Positions 19,320 to 29,598 of a DNA stretch of 64,000 bases are shown piece by piece. The DNA lies in assembly GCA_003056165.1 (NCBI GenBank), contig LSNR01000014.1, positions 6,408-70,407 on the forward strand, given 5' to 3'. The translations under genes were made by a program, and so were the position numbers. The first letter of the stretch is position 1. Each line of letters begins with the position of its first letter. This DNA is from Parcubacteria group bacterium M6-OD1-3. GTDB lineage: Bacteria; Patescibacteriota; Minisyncoccia; Moranbacterales; UBA9337. The notes beneath the pieces were generated by a model that did no database searches, was not told the DNA's origin, and saw nothing but the letters and a program-made list of their open reading frames with translations.

Positions 19320-20567
19320 ATGTATATTAAGCGAAAAATAGAAGCAGAAATTAAAGAATATTTACATACGGAAGAAATATTGGCTCTTATAGGCCCACGA
19401 CAATCAGGAAAAACAACTGTTCTGAAGAAAGTTTTTAATGAGCTTACCAAAAGTAATAAATTAAAAAACGGCGCTAATTTCATTAGCTTTGAAGATAGAG
19501 AAGCTTTATCGTTATTTAATTCTGATATAAGAAATTTTGCAGAAACCTATATTCAAGGGAATGATTATTTATTCATTGATGAGTTTCAGTATGCAAGAGA
19601 AGGAGGAAAAAACTTGAAATATTTATTTGATTCTTTTGATACTAAAATAGTCATTTCAGGATCTTCAGCCATAGACTTAACGATTGAGGCTTTAAAATTT
19701 TTAGTCGGTAGGGTGTTTATTTTAGAAATGCATCCATTTGACTTTGAAGAATTTTTGCTGTTTAAAGATAAAAATTATCATCGATTATACTTGAAAAATA
19801 AAATTGATTTTTTAAGTACAAAATTTTCTATTAATAACTCGTTTGCTCCAGAACAAGTCAATATTTTCAGAAATTATTTTGAAGAATATGCTATTTGGGG
19901 CGGTTATCCTCGGGTAATTTTGGCAAAGAATAGAAGCGAAAAAGAAGTCGTTTTAAAAAATATTTATAATACTTATTTTTTACGAGAAGTAAAAACTTTA
20001 ATGGATATTGCTAACGATTATCAGCTGGAGAAGATGATAAAAATACTTGGATTGCAAATTAGCAATTTGGTAGAATATGAGAACCTCGGCAATGAAATTG
20101 ATATTTCTTTTGAAACTTTGAAAAAATATATTAATTTTTTAGAGAAAACTTACATTTGTAAATTAATAAGGCCATTTTATAAAAACAAAAGAAAAGAAGT
20201 CGTTAAAATGCCGAAAATATTTTTTTCTGATACAGGGTTGCGAAATATGGTTGTCAATGATTTTAGATTGCTTGATGAAAGGGTTGATGCTGGTGAGCTG
20301 TTAGAGAATGCCGTTTGGATGCAACTAAATAGGCAAGGGATAGATATGCAATATTGGCGTGATAAAAATAAAAATGAAATAGATTTGATTTTAAGTTTGA
20401 AAGAACAAAGAACGCTGGCAATTGAAGTTAAGAAAAATATAAAAAGATGCAAAGAAGCTCCAGTAGCATTCAGTAAATCACATCCAGATGTGGAAACATT
20501 CTGTGCCTATCTAGATAGTAATAAAGGTGTAAAGTTTAAAAAAAGTATTTTAATTCCAACATTATAA
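19320..20567 (+). CDS. AAA_14 ATPase with DUF4143 C-terminal domain
   Basis: GPRQSGKTT, FIDEFQ, SGSS, GGYP, PK.FFSDTGLRN, EID...IEVK. Confidence 0.9.
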   Translation: MYIKRKIEAEIKEYLHTEEILALIGPRQSGKTTVLKKVFNELTKSNKLKNGANFISFEDREALSLFNSDIRNFAETYIQGNDYLFIDEFQYAREGGKNLKYLFDSFDTKIVISGSSAIDLTIEALKFLVGRVFILEMHPFDFEEFLLFKDKNYHRLYLKNKIDFLSTKFSINNSFAPEQVNIFRNYFEEYAIWGGYPRVILAKNRSEKEVVLKNIYNTYFLREVKTLMDIANDYQLEKMIKILGLQISNLVEYENLGNEIDISFETLKKYINFLEKTYICKLIRPFYKNKRKEVVKMPKIFFSDTGLRNMVVNDFRLLDERVDAGELLENAVWMQLNRQGIDMQYWRDKNKNEIDLILSLKEQRTLAIEVKKNIKRCKEAPVAFSKSHPDVETFCAYLDSNKGVKFKKSILIPTL

Positions 20568-20571
20568 ATTT

Positions 20572-21540
20572 ATGTTAGTTGATGATGTAACAATTGAAGT
20601 TAGTGCTGGAAAAGGTGGCGATGGAATGTCGACTTTTTCAAAAGTGGTAATGACGAATGGTCCAACCGGTGGTGATGGTGGTCGTGGTGGCGATATCATT
20701 GTTAAGGGTGTGGCGGACCTAGGTGCTTTACGACAATTTAAAACTAAAAAAATAGTGCGTGCCAAGAATGGACAAGGTGGTGGACAAAATACAAAAACTG
20801 GAGCAGATGGAAAAAATGGAGTGGTCTTGGTCCCAGTAGGTACTATTGTTCACAATTTGACTACAGATAAAAAATATGAAATTACAAAAATAGGTGAAGA
20901 AATTATGATCGCTAAAGGAGGAAATGGCGGTTTTGGCAATTATCATTATCGTTCCAGTCGCAATACCTCGCCTGAGCGATCAAATCCGGGTGAACCGGGA
21001 GAAAAGATTTCTGTTCGCTTGGAATTAAAGTTGATTGCTGATGTTGGTTTTATCGGCTATCCGAATGTTGGGAAGTCCAGCCTACTTAATGAACTAACTA
21101 ATGCTTCTAGTCGAGTTGCCAATTATCAATTTACAACCTTGGAACCGCATTTGGGAGTCTATTATGAGCTTATTTTGGCTGATATTCCCGGAATTATTGA
21201 AGGAGCATCAAGCGGTAAGGGCTTAGGACATAAATTTCTGCGACACATTGAACGAACTAAAGTTTTATTTCATTTTGTGTCGGCAGACAGCGAAAATCCT
21301 CTTGAAGATTACAAAATAATTCGCGCGGAGTTAGGAGAATTTAATTTGAAACTTCTAAAAAAACCAGAATGGATAATTGTCAGCAAATCCGATGAACGAA
21401 CTCCGAAAGAAATTGAAAAAATAGTGAATATTTTAAAAAAGGAAAATAAGCAAATAGAAGCACTTTCTTTATTAGATGATGATAGTATTGTTAGAATAAA
21501 GAAACTTTTGAATAAAATTAAGGATAATAAGAGTGAATAG
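20572..21540 (+). CDS. obgE: GTPase Obg (no C-terminal extension)
   Basis: Gly-rich Obg fold, LELKLIADVG, GYPNVGKSS, FTTLEP, DIPG. Confidence 0.96.
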   Translation: MLVDDVTIEVSAGKGGDGMSTFSKVVMTNGPTGGDGGRGGDIIVKGVADLGALRQFKTKKIVRAKNGQGGGQNTKTGADGKNGVVLVPVGTIVHNLTTDKKYEITKIGEEIMIAKGGNGGFGNYHYRSSRNTSPERSNPGEPGEKISVRLELKLIADVGFIGYPNVGKSSLLNELTNASSRVANYQFTTLEPHLGVYYELILADIPGIIEGASSGKGLGHKFLRHIERTKVLFHFVSADSENPLEDYKIIRAELGEFNLKLLKKPEWIIVSKSDERTPKEIEKIVNILKKENKQIEALSLLDDDSIVRIKKLLNKIKDNKSE

Positions 21541-21546
21541 AAATGT

Positions 21547-21957
21547 ATGGCAAAAAAGAAAGTAATGGTCTTTGGTACATTTGATATTTTTCATCCGGGT
21601 CATAAGAATTTTTTAAAACAGGCAAAATCTTTCGGAGATTTTTTAATTGTGGTGATTGCTAGAGATGAAACTGTCTTAAAAGTTAAAAAACGAAAATCGT
21701 TAAATAATGAAAAAGAGAGGTTGTTTGCTATTAAAAATAGTGGTCTGGCGGATGAGGTGGCTTTAGGTGGTTTAAAAAATAAATATGCGATTATTGAAAA
21801 ATATAAACCGGAGGTCATTTGTCTAGGCTACGATCAGAAATTTTTCATTGATGAATTGAAAGATAAATTGATGGAAATGGGATTGGATGGAATTAAAATA
21901 AGAAGATTGAAATCTTATCATCCGGAAATTTATAAATCCTCTAAACTAATAATGTAA
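21547..21957 (+). CDS. Cytidylyltransferase-like nucleotidyltransferase (archaeal FAD synthetase RibL-like)
   Basis: FGTFDIFHPGH, VIARDETV, LGYDQ, YKSSKL. Confidence 0.8.
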   Translation: MAKKKVMVFGTFDIFHPGHKNFLKQAKSFGDFLIVVIARDETVLKVKKRKSLNNEKERLFAIKNSGLADEVALGGLKNKYAIIEKYKPEVICLGYDQKFFIDELKDKLMEMGLDGIKIRRLKSYHPEIYKSSKLIM

Positions 21958-21961
21958 ACTT

Positions 21962-21988
21962 AAAACCCCGGTCGTTGCCGGGGTTTTT
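21962..21988. terminator. Bidirectional terminator
   Basis: aaaaccccgg-tcgttg-ccggggttttt between convergent genes. Confidence 0.85.
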
Positions 21989-22027
21989 ATATAGAAAGTG
22001 CTTTATTTTGAATTTTGTATTGACTAC

Positions 22028-22771
22028 TTAAAATTGAACATTAACTGCATATTTATGTAGATTATTCAATTGAGTATTATTCAAATTCTTTGAAGCGTCA
22101 ATAGCATTTTTTATGAGACTTTTAGAAAATTCAACTGATGTTCCAACATAAACTCTTCCATTGAAATTTGCATTTTTTCGCAAATAATCTTCAATGTAAA
22201 TTTTATGTTCAGGTGTAAGTGTAGAATCAGGATTTTTTTCTAAATAGTGCGCCAATGCTTTTCTTGCCAACTTAGTAAGACTATCTCCTTGGGAAGCACT
22301 TTCAATGAAAGAACTTTCGGTTTCTTGAGAAGGAGTTTTCTCGACTGTTTGTTCCGGAGATTGTTTTTGTTCAGAAACGGTATCCGCTTTCGGTTCCTCT
22401 GATGCACTGGCATCAGTTTCTTTGGTAGCTTCATCAGTTTCATCGGCTGGCGAATTATCATTAGACTTTTCCTCGGCAGATTTATCCGTTGTTTCTGCAG
22501 TATCAGAAACTGTCGCATCAGTTTCATCAGCTTTTTTATCTTTATCGGAAGATAAATCGCTTAAAATTTTCTCAACATCATTATTCTTATCGACGGTGGC
22601 AGTTTGTTGGTCACCTCTTTTAGAATAAGAATATATTGAGGATGCAATTAGAAAAACTATCAGAACACTTACGATAATTCGGAGATTTTCCTGAGTCCAA
22701 TTTCTAATTTTTTGTAGAGTAGTCTCATCTTGTTCATCATTCATTTCATCATTTTTAAATTCATCATTCAT
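22028..22771 (-). CDS. Single-TM protein with acidic linker and LysM-like C-terminal domain
   Basis: TM helix, D/E/T/S-rich spacer, GDSLTKLAR motif. Confidence 0.55.
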   Translation of the reverse strand: MNDEFKNDEMNDEQDETTLQKIRNWTQENLRIIVSVLIVFLIASSIYSYSKRGDQQTATVDKNNDVEKILSDLSSDKDKKADETDATVSDTAETTDKSAEEKSNDNSPADETDEATKETDASASEEPKADTVSEQKQSPEQTVEKTPSQETESSFIESASQGDSLTKLARKALAHYLEKNPDSTLTPEHKIYIEDYLRKNANFNGRVYVGTSVEFSKSLIKNAIDASKNLNNTQLNNLHKYAVNVQF

Positions 22772-22940
22772 AAGTTTTCACCTCTCTTTCTAGTTATATC
22801 ATCATCTGAGATGATGTTACTGTTAATTGTTAAGGAACAACTTACATTGAAGTTGAAAACAACTCGACCAATTTCGTATTTGTTTTTATATTGTAAATGA
22901 GCACACTTTTTTCGTCAACTAGACAAAAATCAATTTTATT

Positions 22941-23849
22941 TTATAATGTTATTTTACACATTCGCCACTTGCCAGATAAATCTTTTTTGAAATAAGTATT
23001 AGCTTGTGAAAAATATTTTTTAATTAGTTTTTCAATTGGTATTTTTTGCTCGGGAGAGATTTCGAAATAGCAAGCAGTGTGGGATAAATAATATTTAGGG
23101 AGGAGTGTTTTTAATTGTTGAAGTAATTTTTCGTAATGAGCTAGTCCAGCATTAGTACTGTATAAAGCGGATTTCGGTTCAAAGTTTTTAACATTTTTCG
23201 CGCAAGAGTTATAAATTTCGTCGGAGAGGTAAGGGAGGTTTGCAACAACTACCAGCTTTTCAATTTGTAGCTCCGTTAGTTTTTTAGGTTCTTTAAATTT
23301 GAAATTATTCAATAAGTCGCTTTGTAAAAAGGTTATTTTGTTAGTAAGATTATGTTTTTTAGCGTTTTGCTTAGCGATTTTTAAGGCAGAAGGAGAAATG
23401 TCGGTAGCGAATAGTTGGCAATTGTTAGATTGTATAGTTTTAATATTTTTGGCAATTGAAATTGCTATATTTCCGGAACCGGTACCGATATCTAATATGG
23501 TGGTGCTTTGTGCCTTGTGCCTTGTATTTTGTATTTCTCTTAAAACCTCATCAACTATTAGCTCAGTTTCTGGGCGAGGGATGAGCGTATGTTTGTTTAC
23601 TATAAAATCTAGGCCATAAAATTCTTTGTGTCTAGTAAGATAGGCAATTGGCTCGTTTTGCTGGCGTCTTTGAATTTGAGATTTAAGTTTTAAAATCTGA
23701 GTTTTAGTCAGTTTATATTCAGGATGTGCCAAAACAAACTCTCTGGACTTTCCAATCGTATCTGCCATCAAAATTTCTAAATCAGATTGATTAGTGCTAT
23801 ATTGATATTTCTGCAAAATTCTATTGATTGTATTGCTAATAATTCCCAT
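22941..23849 (-). CDS. prmC: Release factor glutamine methyltransferase
   Basis: EPIAYL...KEFYG, LIPRPETE, DIGTGSG, NLPY. Confidence 0.95.
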   Translation of the reverse strand: MGIISNTINRILQKYQYSTNQSDLEILMADTIGKSREFVLAHPEYKLTKTQILKLKSQIQRRQQNEPIAYLTRHKEFYGLDFIVNKHTLIPRPETELIVDEVLREIQNTRHKAQSTTILDIGTGSGNIAISIAKNIKTIQSNNCQLFATDISPSALKIAKQNAKKHNLTNKITFLQSDLLNNFKFKEPKKLTELQIEKLVVVANLPYLSDEIYNSCAKNVKNFEPKSALYSTNAGLAHYEKLLQQLKTLLPKYYLSHTACYFEISPEQKIPIEKLIKKYFSQANTYFKKDLSGKWRMCKITL

Positions 23850-24079
23850 AAGATAATATTTGTTAAAGAAGTTTAGTTTGTTAACAAGTTATATAGATAG
23901 TTAAACATATAAAGGACTAAATAAGCAAATTATAGATTATATTAAGTAGTTGTTTAAATTTGTTATAAGGATTATTTTTTTGTTTGACAAATTATTGTAA
24001 CACTATATAATTAAATTGAAACGATGAGGTTTAAAAAATAAGCATCGTTTTGGTTAATTAGTAAGAAAAGAATAAAAGT

Positions 24080-24448
24080 ATGACAGAAGCAACAAAAACA
24101 GATGCGGAATTCATCGAGCAAATTGTAAAGGTGCTTGTTGATAACCCAGATGCTGTAAAAGTAGAAAGAAAAGTTGATGAAATGGGAGTTCTTGTTAGCT
24201 TGGATGTTGATCCGAGTGATATGGGGATTGTCATTGGACGAGAAGGTCAAACAGCCAAAGCGCTTAGGACTCTTTTGAGAGTTATTGGAGCAAAAAATAA
24301 TGCTCGTGTAAATTTGAAAATCAATGAACCAGAAGGTTCTGAAAGAGCTCCAAGAAGTGAAGCTCCAGCTACAGAAGCTCCTACTGCAGAAGCTCCAGCT
24401 GAAAAGAAAAGTATTGATGAAGTTGTAGAAGATATTGAAAAAATGTAA
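24080..24448 (+). CDS. khpA: KH-domain RNA-binding protein
   Basis: LVDNPDAV, DMGIVIGREGQTAKALRTLL. Confidence 0.9.
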   Translation: MTEATKTDAEFIEQIVKVLVDNPDAVKVERKVDEMGVLVSLDVDPSDMGIVIGREGQTAKALRTLLRVIGAKNNARVNLKINEPEGSERAPRSEAPATEAPTAEAPAEKKSIDEVVEDIEKM

Positions 24449-24469
24449 GCTACTCTTTATTTTAAATTT

Positions 24470-24499
24470 AAACCGCCCGCTAAACGGGCGGTTTTTTTT
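24470..24499 (+). terminator. Terminator after khpA
   Basis: aaaccgcccg-ctaaa-cgggcggtttttttt. Confidence 0.85.
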
Positions 24500-24577
24500 A
24501 TTTTGTCAGGGGATGGTTTGTTTTTGGTTTTTTGAAATAAAAATAGCGACTTGGTCGATAGTTTATATCTGAAAGTG

Positions 24578-24614
24578 GTAACGTACCAAGTAACGTACCA
24601 TGGTACGTTACTTG
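24578..24614. repeat. 28-bp perfect palindrome plus a direct copy of its arm
   Basis: gtaacgtac + caagtaacgtacca|tggtacgttacttg. Confidence 0.85.
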
Positions 24615-24664
24615 AAAGCGAATTGAATATTTTAAAAGTAAGTTTCAAGATAGTTATTTATTTT

Positions 24665-24705
24665 TTAGCACTCGGACTTGACGAGTGCCAAGAGTATGAT
24701 ATAAT
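24665..24705 (+). promoter_or_regulatory. CIRCE operator overlapping the sigma-70 promoter of hrcA-grpE-dnaK
   Basis: TTAGCACTC-N9-GAGTGCCAA (24665-24691); ttgacg -35 and TGnTATAAT -10. Confidence 0.93.
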
Positions 24706-24711
24706 GCAAAT

Positions 24712-25452
24712 ATGAATACAAGACAAGAAAAAATTTTGGGAAGTATTATTGAGGAATATACGCTAAACGCCGTTCCTGTTGGTTCTAAAGTTTTGGTTGG
24801 GAAATACAAAATTGATGCCAGTTCGGCAACTATTAGAAATGAAATGGCAGAATTGGAAAAGGAAAAATATTTGTATCAACCGCACATTAGTGCCGGCAGA
24901 ATTCCTACTGATAAGGGTTATAGGTATTTCGTGGAAGAATTGATGAAAAATAAAGAATTGACAAGACGGGAGCAAAACAAAATGCAAGAAGAGCTATTAA
25001 AGTTGAAAGCTAAAAATACAAGAATGGCAAAGACAACGGCAAAGTTATTGTCGGGATTGAGTGGAAATTTGGCGGTTAGTGGGAATTTGGATAATAATGA
25101 ATTTGTTGATTTTGGGATGAAAGAACTTTTCGAGGAGCCGGAATTTCAAGGATTAGACGAAGTTTGTCGTTTGGCAGAAACACTAGATTATGTTGATGAA
25201 ATGTTTGATAAAATTATCGGAGAGATTGAAAACGGAGAAACGAAAATTTTCATCGGTGAAGAAAATCCAGTTAAAAAGTTTTCAAATTGTTCGATGATTG
25301 TGTCTCCGTATAAATTAAAATCAGGAGAAAAAGGAATATTGGCATTGATTGGTCCAAAGAGAATGAAATATGCAAGAAATAAATCGTTATTGGAATATGT
25401 TAGAAAGATATTGGGTGGAGCAGGAATGATTTTATTGGTTGTTATGGTGTAA
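24712..25452 (+). CDS. hrcA: Heat-inducible transcription repressor HrcA (short form)
   Basis: PVGSK, SSATIRNEMAELE, PH.SAGRIPTDKGYR, IGPKRMKY; CIRCE upstream. Confidence 0.95.
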   Translation: MNTRQEKILGSIIEEYTLNAVPVGSKVLVGKYKIDASSATIRNEMAELEKEKYLYQPHISAGRIPTDKGYRYFVEELMKNKELTRREQNKMQEELLKLKAKNTRMAKTTAKLLSGLSGNLAVSGNLDNNEFVDFGMKELFEEPEFQGLDEVCRLAETLDYVDEMFDKIIGEIENGETKIFIGEENPVKKFSNCSMIVSPYKLKSGEKGILALIGPKRMKYARNKSLLEYVRKILGGAGMILLVVMV

Positions 25453-25498
25453 ATATGAATTAGAATATTTAATTTAAAATTTAAAGTTAATATAATTT

Positions 25499-26407
25499 AT
25501 GAATAAAGAAAATAATAAAAAATATAAAAAGCCAAAGGCTTGGTTGATGTTGCTCACTGCTAAAGCTGTAATAGTCAATAAAAATAATGATGTTCTATTA
25601 TTAAAAAGAGCAAGTAAAGAGCGAATGCATGCTGGAAAATATGACTTGCCAGGAGGAACAATGGAGCAGGGAGAGACTGTTGAACAAGCTTTAATAAGAG
25701 AGGTTAGGGAGGAAACTGGATTAGAAATAGCTAATGCGGAATTAATAAAGATTAGTGAATATCCCGAAGGACACGAGAGATCAGATGAGTTAAAGGCATT
25801 AAGGTTTGTTGTTAAATATAATGGTGATGATTTCAAGGATGTAGTATTAAATGAAGCAGAACATACTAAATTTGAATGGTTATCGATTGATAAAGCAATT
25901 GAGAAATTATCCGATGAAGGATTTGAAAAAGAAAAAAAAGAAACTCTGATTGAAGCAAAAAAATATTTGGAAATGAAAAATAGTTTGGAGAACTGGAAGC
26001 GATGTTTAGCAGAGTTTGATAATTATAAGAAGCAACAAGAAGAAGCAAGAAAGGATACTGTGAAATATGCGACGGAAAATATTGTAATGCAGGTTCTACC
26101 AGTGATTGATAATTTTACTAGTTCAGTAGCGCATATTCCAGAAGATGAAAAAGACGGAGCTTGGGTGCAGGGAATAATGTTTATTAAAAAACAGCTAGAG
26201 GATGTTTTACGAGAGAATGGTGTAGAGGAAATTAAAGTAAAAATTGGTGATAGGTTTGATACTCAACTTTGTGAGGCGGTAGAAGACAATAGCTGTAGTG
26301 ATTGTAAGACAAAAAAGAAATTTAAGAATAAAATCAAAAAAGTTGTTTTGCAGGGATATAAAATTGGAGATAAAGTTGTGAGACCGGCGAGAGTGATAGT
26401 TGAGTAG
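25499..26407 (+). CDS. grpE: NUDIX hydrolase-GrpE fusion (nucleotide exchange factor)
   Basis: Nudix box GGTMEQGETVEQALIREVREETGL; then R.LAEFDNYKK, LPVIDNF, GYKIGDKVVRPARV. Confidence 0.9.
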   Translation: MNKENNKKYKKPKAWLMLLTAKAVIVNKNNDVLLLKRASKERMHAGKYDLPGGTMEQGETVEQALIREVREETGLEIANAELIKISEYPEGHERSDELKALRFVVKYNGDDFKDVVLNEAEHTKFEWLSIDKAIEKLSDEGFEKEKKETLIEAKKYLEMKNSLENWKRCLAEFDNYKKQQEEARKDTVKYATENIVMQVLPVIDNFTSSVAHIPEDEKDGAWVQGIMFIKKQLEDVLRENGVEEIKVKIGDRFDTQLCEAVEDNSCSDCKTKKKFKNKIKKVVLQGYKIGDKVVRPARVIVE

Positions 26408-26799
26408 TTCACAGTTTACGATATATATCGTCTCGGAAGACTGAATTTTACCAAGAGCAAAGCGATTGGATAAAATTCTTCTATCTCTGTCTATTAGTAG
26501 GTAGGTGTAATTTCGAAAAGGTTTAGAATAAACTTTTATTAAAGAATTTTTAAAATTTACTGAGATCACGGATAGATTATTTTTCTAATATTCGCTACTA
26601 GCTCATATTGAAAAATATATCTTCCGAGATGACAGGCGTTAACCGAGATGATAGGCATTGATTGAGATCACACGCTAGGACCGACAGACAGATGCTGGGA
26701 ACGAAGAAAAATGGAGATTTAAAATTTAAATAAATTAATAAATAATTTAAAATAATCATTGTCTAGTGATTACTAATCATTATTCAATGATAAAAAAAT

Positions 26800-28779
26800 A
26801 TGTCAAAAATATTAGGAATTGACCTTGGAACAACAAACAGCGCGATGGCTGTCGTTCAAGGAGGTAAACCGGAAATTATTGAAAATAAAGAGGGTAATAG
26901 AACAACCCCTTCAATGGTGGCGGTTAATAAAAATGGTGAAAGATTAGTTGGTCTTTTGGCAAAAAGACAAGCAGTGGCTAATCCGGAGAACACTTTGTTT
27001 TCTGTAAAAAGATTAATTGGAAGAAATTTTGATGATGCAGAAGTACAGGAAGACATTAAATTGATGCCATACAAGATTGTCAAAGGTGGAAAAGGTGAAA
27101 CAAAAGTGAAAATGGGAGACAAGGAATATACTCCGCGAGAAATTTCCGCAATGATTTTGCAAAAACTAAAAGCGGATGCTGAAGATAAATTGGGAGAAAA
27201 AATTGAAGAAGCGGTAATTACTGTGCCGGCATATTTTGATGATTCTCAAAGAAAAGCGACTAAGGAGGCTGGAGAAATTGCCGGGTTAAAGGTGAAAAGA
27301 ATTATTAATGAACCGACTGCCGCTGCCTTAGCGTACGGTTTTGATAAAAAGAAAAACGAAAAAATTGCCGTTTATGATTTAGGTGGTGGAACATTTGATA
27401 TCTCCATCTTAGAAGTTGGTGATGATACGGTTGAAGTAATATCAACAAATGGAGATACTCATTTGGGTGGAGATGATTTTGATCAAGTTCTTATTAATTG
27501 GATTATTGATGAATTTAAAAAGCAGGAAGGAATTGATTTGAGTAACGATAACTTAGCTTTACAAAGAATTAAAGAGTCTGCGGAAAAAGCGAAAATTGAG
27601 CTTTCTACCGCACAAGAAACTGAGATTAATCAACCATTTATTACTACTGATGACTCCGGTCCAAAACATTTAGTAATGACATTAAGTAGAGCTAAACTGC
27701 AAGAATTAGTCAGTGATCTATCTGCAAAAACAATGGAGCCGGTTAAAAAAGCTTTGGCGGATGCGAAACTGGAAACTAAGGATATTAATGAAGTGATTAT
27801 GGTTGGTGGAATGACAAGAATGCCTTTAATTCAAGAAGAAGTTGAAAAATTCTTTGGTAAAAAACCAAATGCAACGATGAATCCTGACGAGGTAGTGGCG
27901 ATGGGAGCAGCTATTCAAGGTGGAGTTTTGACTGGTGATGTAAAAGATGTATTATTGCTTGATGTAACACCATTGACTTTAGGATTGGAAACAATGGGCG
28001 GAATTTCTACTCCATTGATTGAACGAAACACAACTATTCCAACGAAGAAATCGCAAATTTTCTCAACAGCAGTTGAAAATCAGCCAAGTGTGGAAATTCA
28101 TGTTTTACAAGGTGAGCGAGAAATGGCGGAAGGAAATAAAAGTTTAGGAAGATTTATTCTTGATGGAATTGCCCCGGCTCCGCGTGGAGTGCCACAAGTT
28201 GAAGTAACATTTGACATTGATGCTAATGGAATTTTAAATGTTTCTGCTAAGGATAAAGCAACTGGAAAAGAGCAGTCTATACGAATTGAAGCTTCCAGTG
28301 GAGTAAGTGAAGAAGAGATTGAAAAGATGAAAAAAGACGCCGAGACTCATGCCGAAGAAGATAAAAAGAAAAAGGAAGCGGTTGAAACTAGAAATGTGGC
28401 GGAAAGTTTAATTAGCACTACCGAAAAAGCAATTAAAGAGGCTGGTGATAAAATTTCTGCGGACAAGAAAAAACCGGTTGAAGAAAAAATGGAAGCTTTA
28501 AAGAAAACTCTTAAAGATGAAAAAGCTGATACTGAGGCAATTAAAAAAGCGACGGAAGAATTTTCAACCGAAGCCCAAAAGATTGGCGAAGAGCTTTATA
28601 AAGCAACTGCTCCAGAAGGTGGAGATCCTGCTAGCCAAGCCGAAGCTTCAGCGAAGGCTGGGAGTGAAGGTCAAGCCGGAACTAAAGAAGCTCCAAAGGA
28701 TGCTGAGACAGAGCCGGCTAAAGAGGAAGAAAAGAAAAAAGACGATAGTGGAGATAAAAAAGACGAAGAGAAGAAATAG
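26800..28779 (+). CDS. dnaK: Chaperone DnaK
   Basis: [31 protein letters not shown]. Confidence 0.99.
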   Translation: MSKILGIDLGTTNSAMAVVQGGKPEIIENKEGNRTTPSMVAVNKNGERLVGLLAKRQAVANPENTLFSVKRLIGRNFDDAEVQEDIKLMPYKIVKGGKGETKVKMGDKEYTPREISAMILQKLKADAEDKLGEKIEEAVITVPAYFDDSQRKATKEAGEIAGLKVKRIINEPTAAALAYGFDKKKNEKIAVYDLGGGTFDISILEVGDDTVEVISTNGDTHLGGDDFDQVLINWIIDEFKKQEGIDLSNDNLALQRIKESAEKAKIELSTAQETEINQPFITTDDSGPKHLVMTLSRAKLQELVSDLSAKTMEPVKKALADAKLETKDINEVIMVGGMTRMPLIQEEVEKFFGKKPNATMNPDEVVAMGAAIQGGVLTGDVKDVLLLDVTPLTLGLETMGGISTPLIERNTTIPTKKSQIFSTAVENQPSVEIHVLQGEREMAEGNKSLGRFILDGIAPAPRGVPQVEVTFDIDANGILNVSAKDKATGKEQSIRIEASSGVSEEEIEKMKKDAETHAEEDKKKKEAVETRNVAESLISTTEKAIKEAGDKISADKKKPVEEKMEALKKTLKDEKADTEAIKKATEEFSTEAQKIGEELYKATAPEGGDPASQAEASAKAGSEGQAGTKEAPKDAETEPAKEEEKKKDDSGDKKDEEKK

Positions 28780-28805
28780 ATAGAGGAAATAAATAGAAAA
28801 TAATC

Positions 28806-28828
28806 AAGCGGGGCTTACGCCCCGCTTT
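28806..28828 (+). terminator. Terminator after dnaK
   Basis: aagcggggc-ttac-gccccgctt. Confidence 0.75.
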
Positions 28829-28875
28829 ATTATGATAGAAATGCACGCTATTATGTGATGTAGACAGAAATTTCT

Positions 28876-29301
28876 AACTATTACGCACAACTTTCCCAGA
28901 CCACGCTTTTGTGATTTCATCAATCAAAATGGCAAATTCCAAACCTTCTTTTACCCCTCTTTCTTGCCATTCATCCGTAAGGCTTAAAAGGTTCAGCTTT
29001 TGGCGATGGAATTGATTGAATTATACGCAATAAATTTTGAGTTGAAAAACAATCGGTAGAGTATTTCTTTTTTCTATCAGAAGAAATTAATTTCAGTTGT
29101 ACGATTTTTTCGTATACCTCGCTTCCTTCTTTTCTTAATTTATTTTTTAAATTACTCCAATATCTTTTTGGGATAGTGGAATCAGTTAAAATTCCAATAA
29201 CATCAATGATTGAAAAATACCAAAGCTCATTTTCTTCAGCCTAAATACGATGAACTTGTTTTTCGTGAAATAACACGATTGAATTATCTTTTTTTAGTCA
29301 T
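28876..29301 (-). pseudogene. BRO-N / phage antirepressor-like pseudogene
   Basis: Manual translation WYFSIIDVIGILTDS..PKRYW.NLK.KL..EGSE...LLRIIQSIPSPKAEPFK, then LTDEWQERGVKEGLEFAIL in another frame; extra A after the start, internal TAG, internal deletion. Confidence 0.8.
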
Positions 29302-29598
29302 ATTTTTTAATCTTTTTGGAAAATTTTTTTATCTTTAATATATTAATTTCTATTAAATTTTCAATTTCCTTTTCTCCTCATTAAAATTAGAAAAAATAAA
29401 AATTTCATTCCTTATTTAAATTCTTCAATAAAATTTCTTAATTGAGAAAGATTATTGAAAAATATGTCGCACAATGTTTGTGTATATCTGAATTTTTTTA
29501 TTTCTCTTCCTTATTATATCTTAAACAAGAGAGAAATAAAAATTTGGGTGAAGTGAAAGAGAAAAATTAAATAATTTATCCTATATTAAAGTTTTTTT

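Noticed and set aside
24340-24405. gaagctcc tandem repeats in khpA
   Set aside because: Encodes a low-complexity EAPA/T linker; no sign of a mobile or regulatory role
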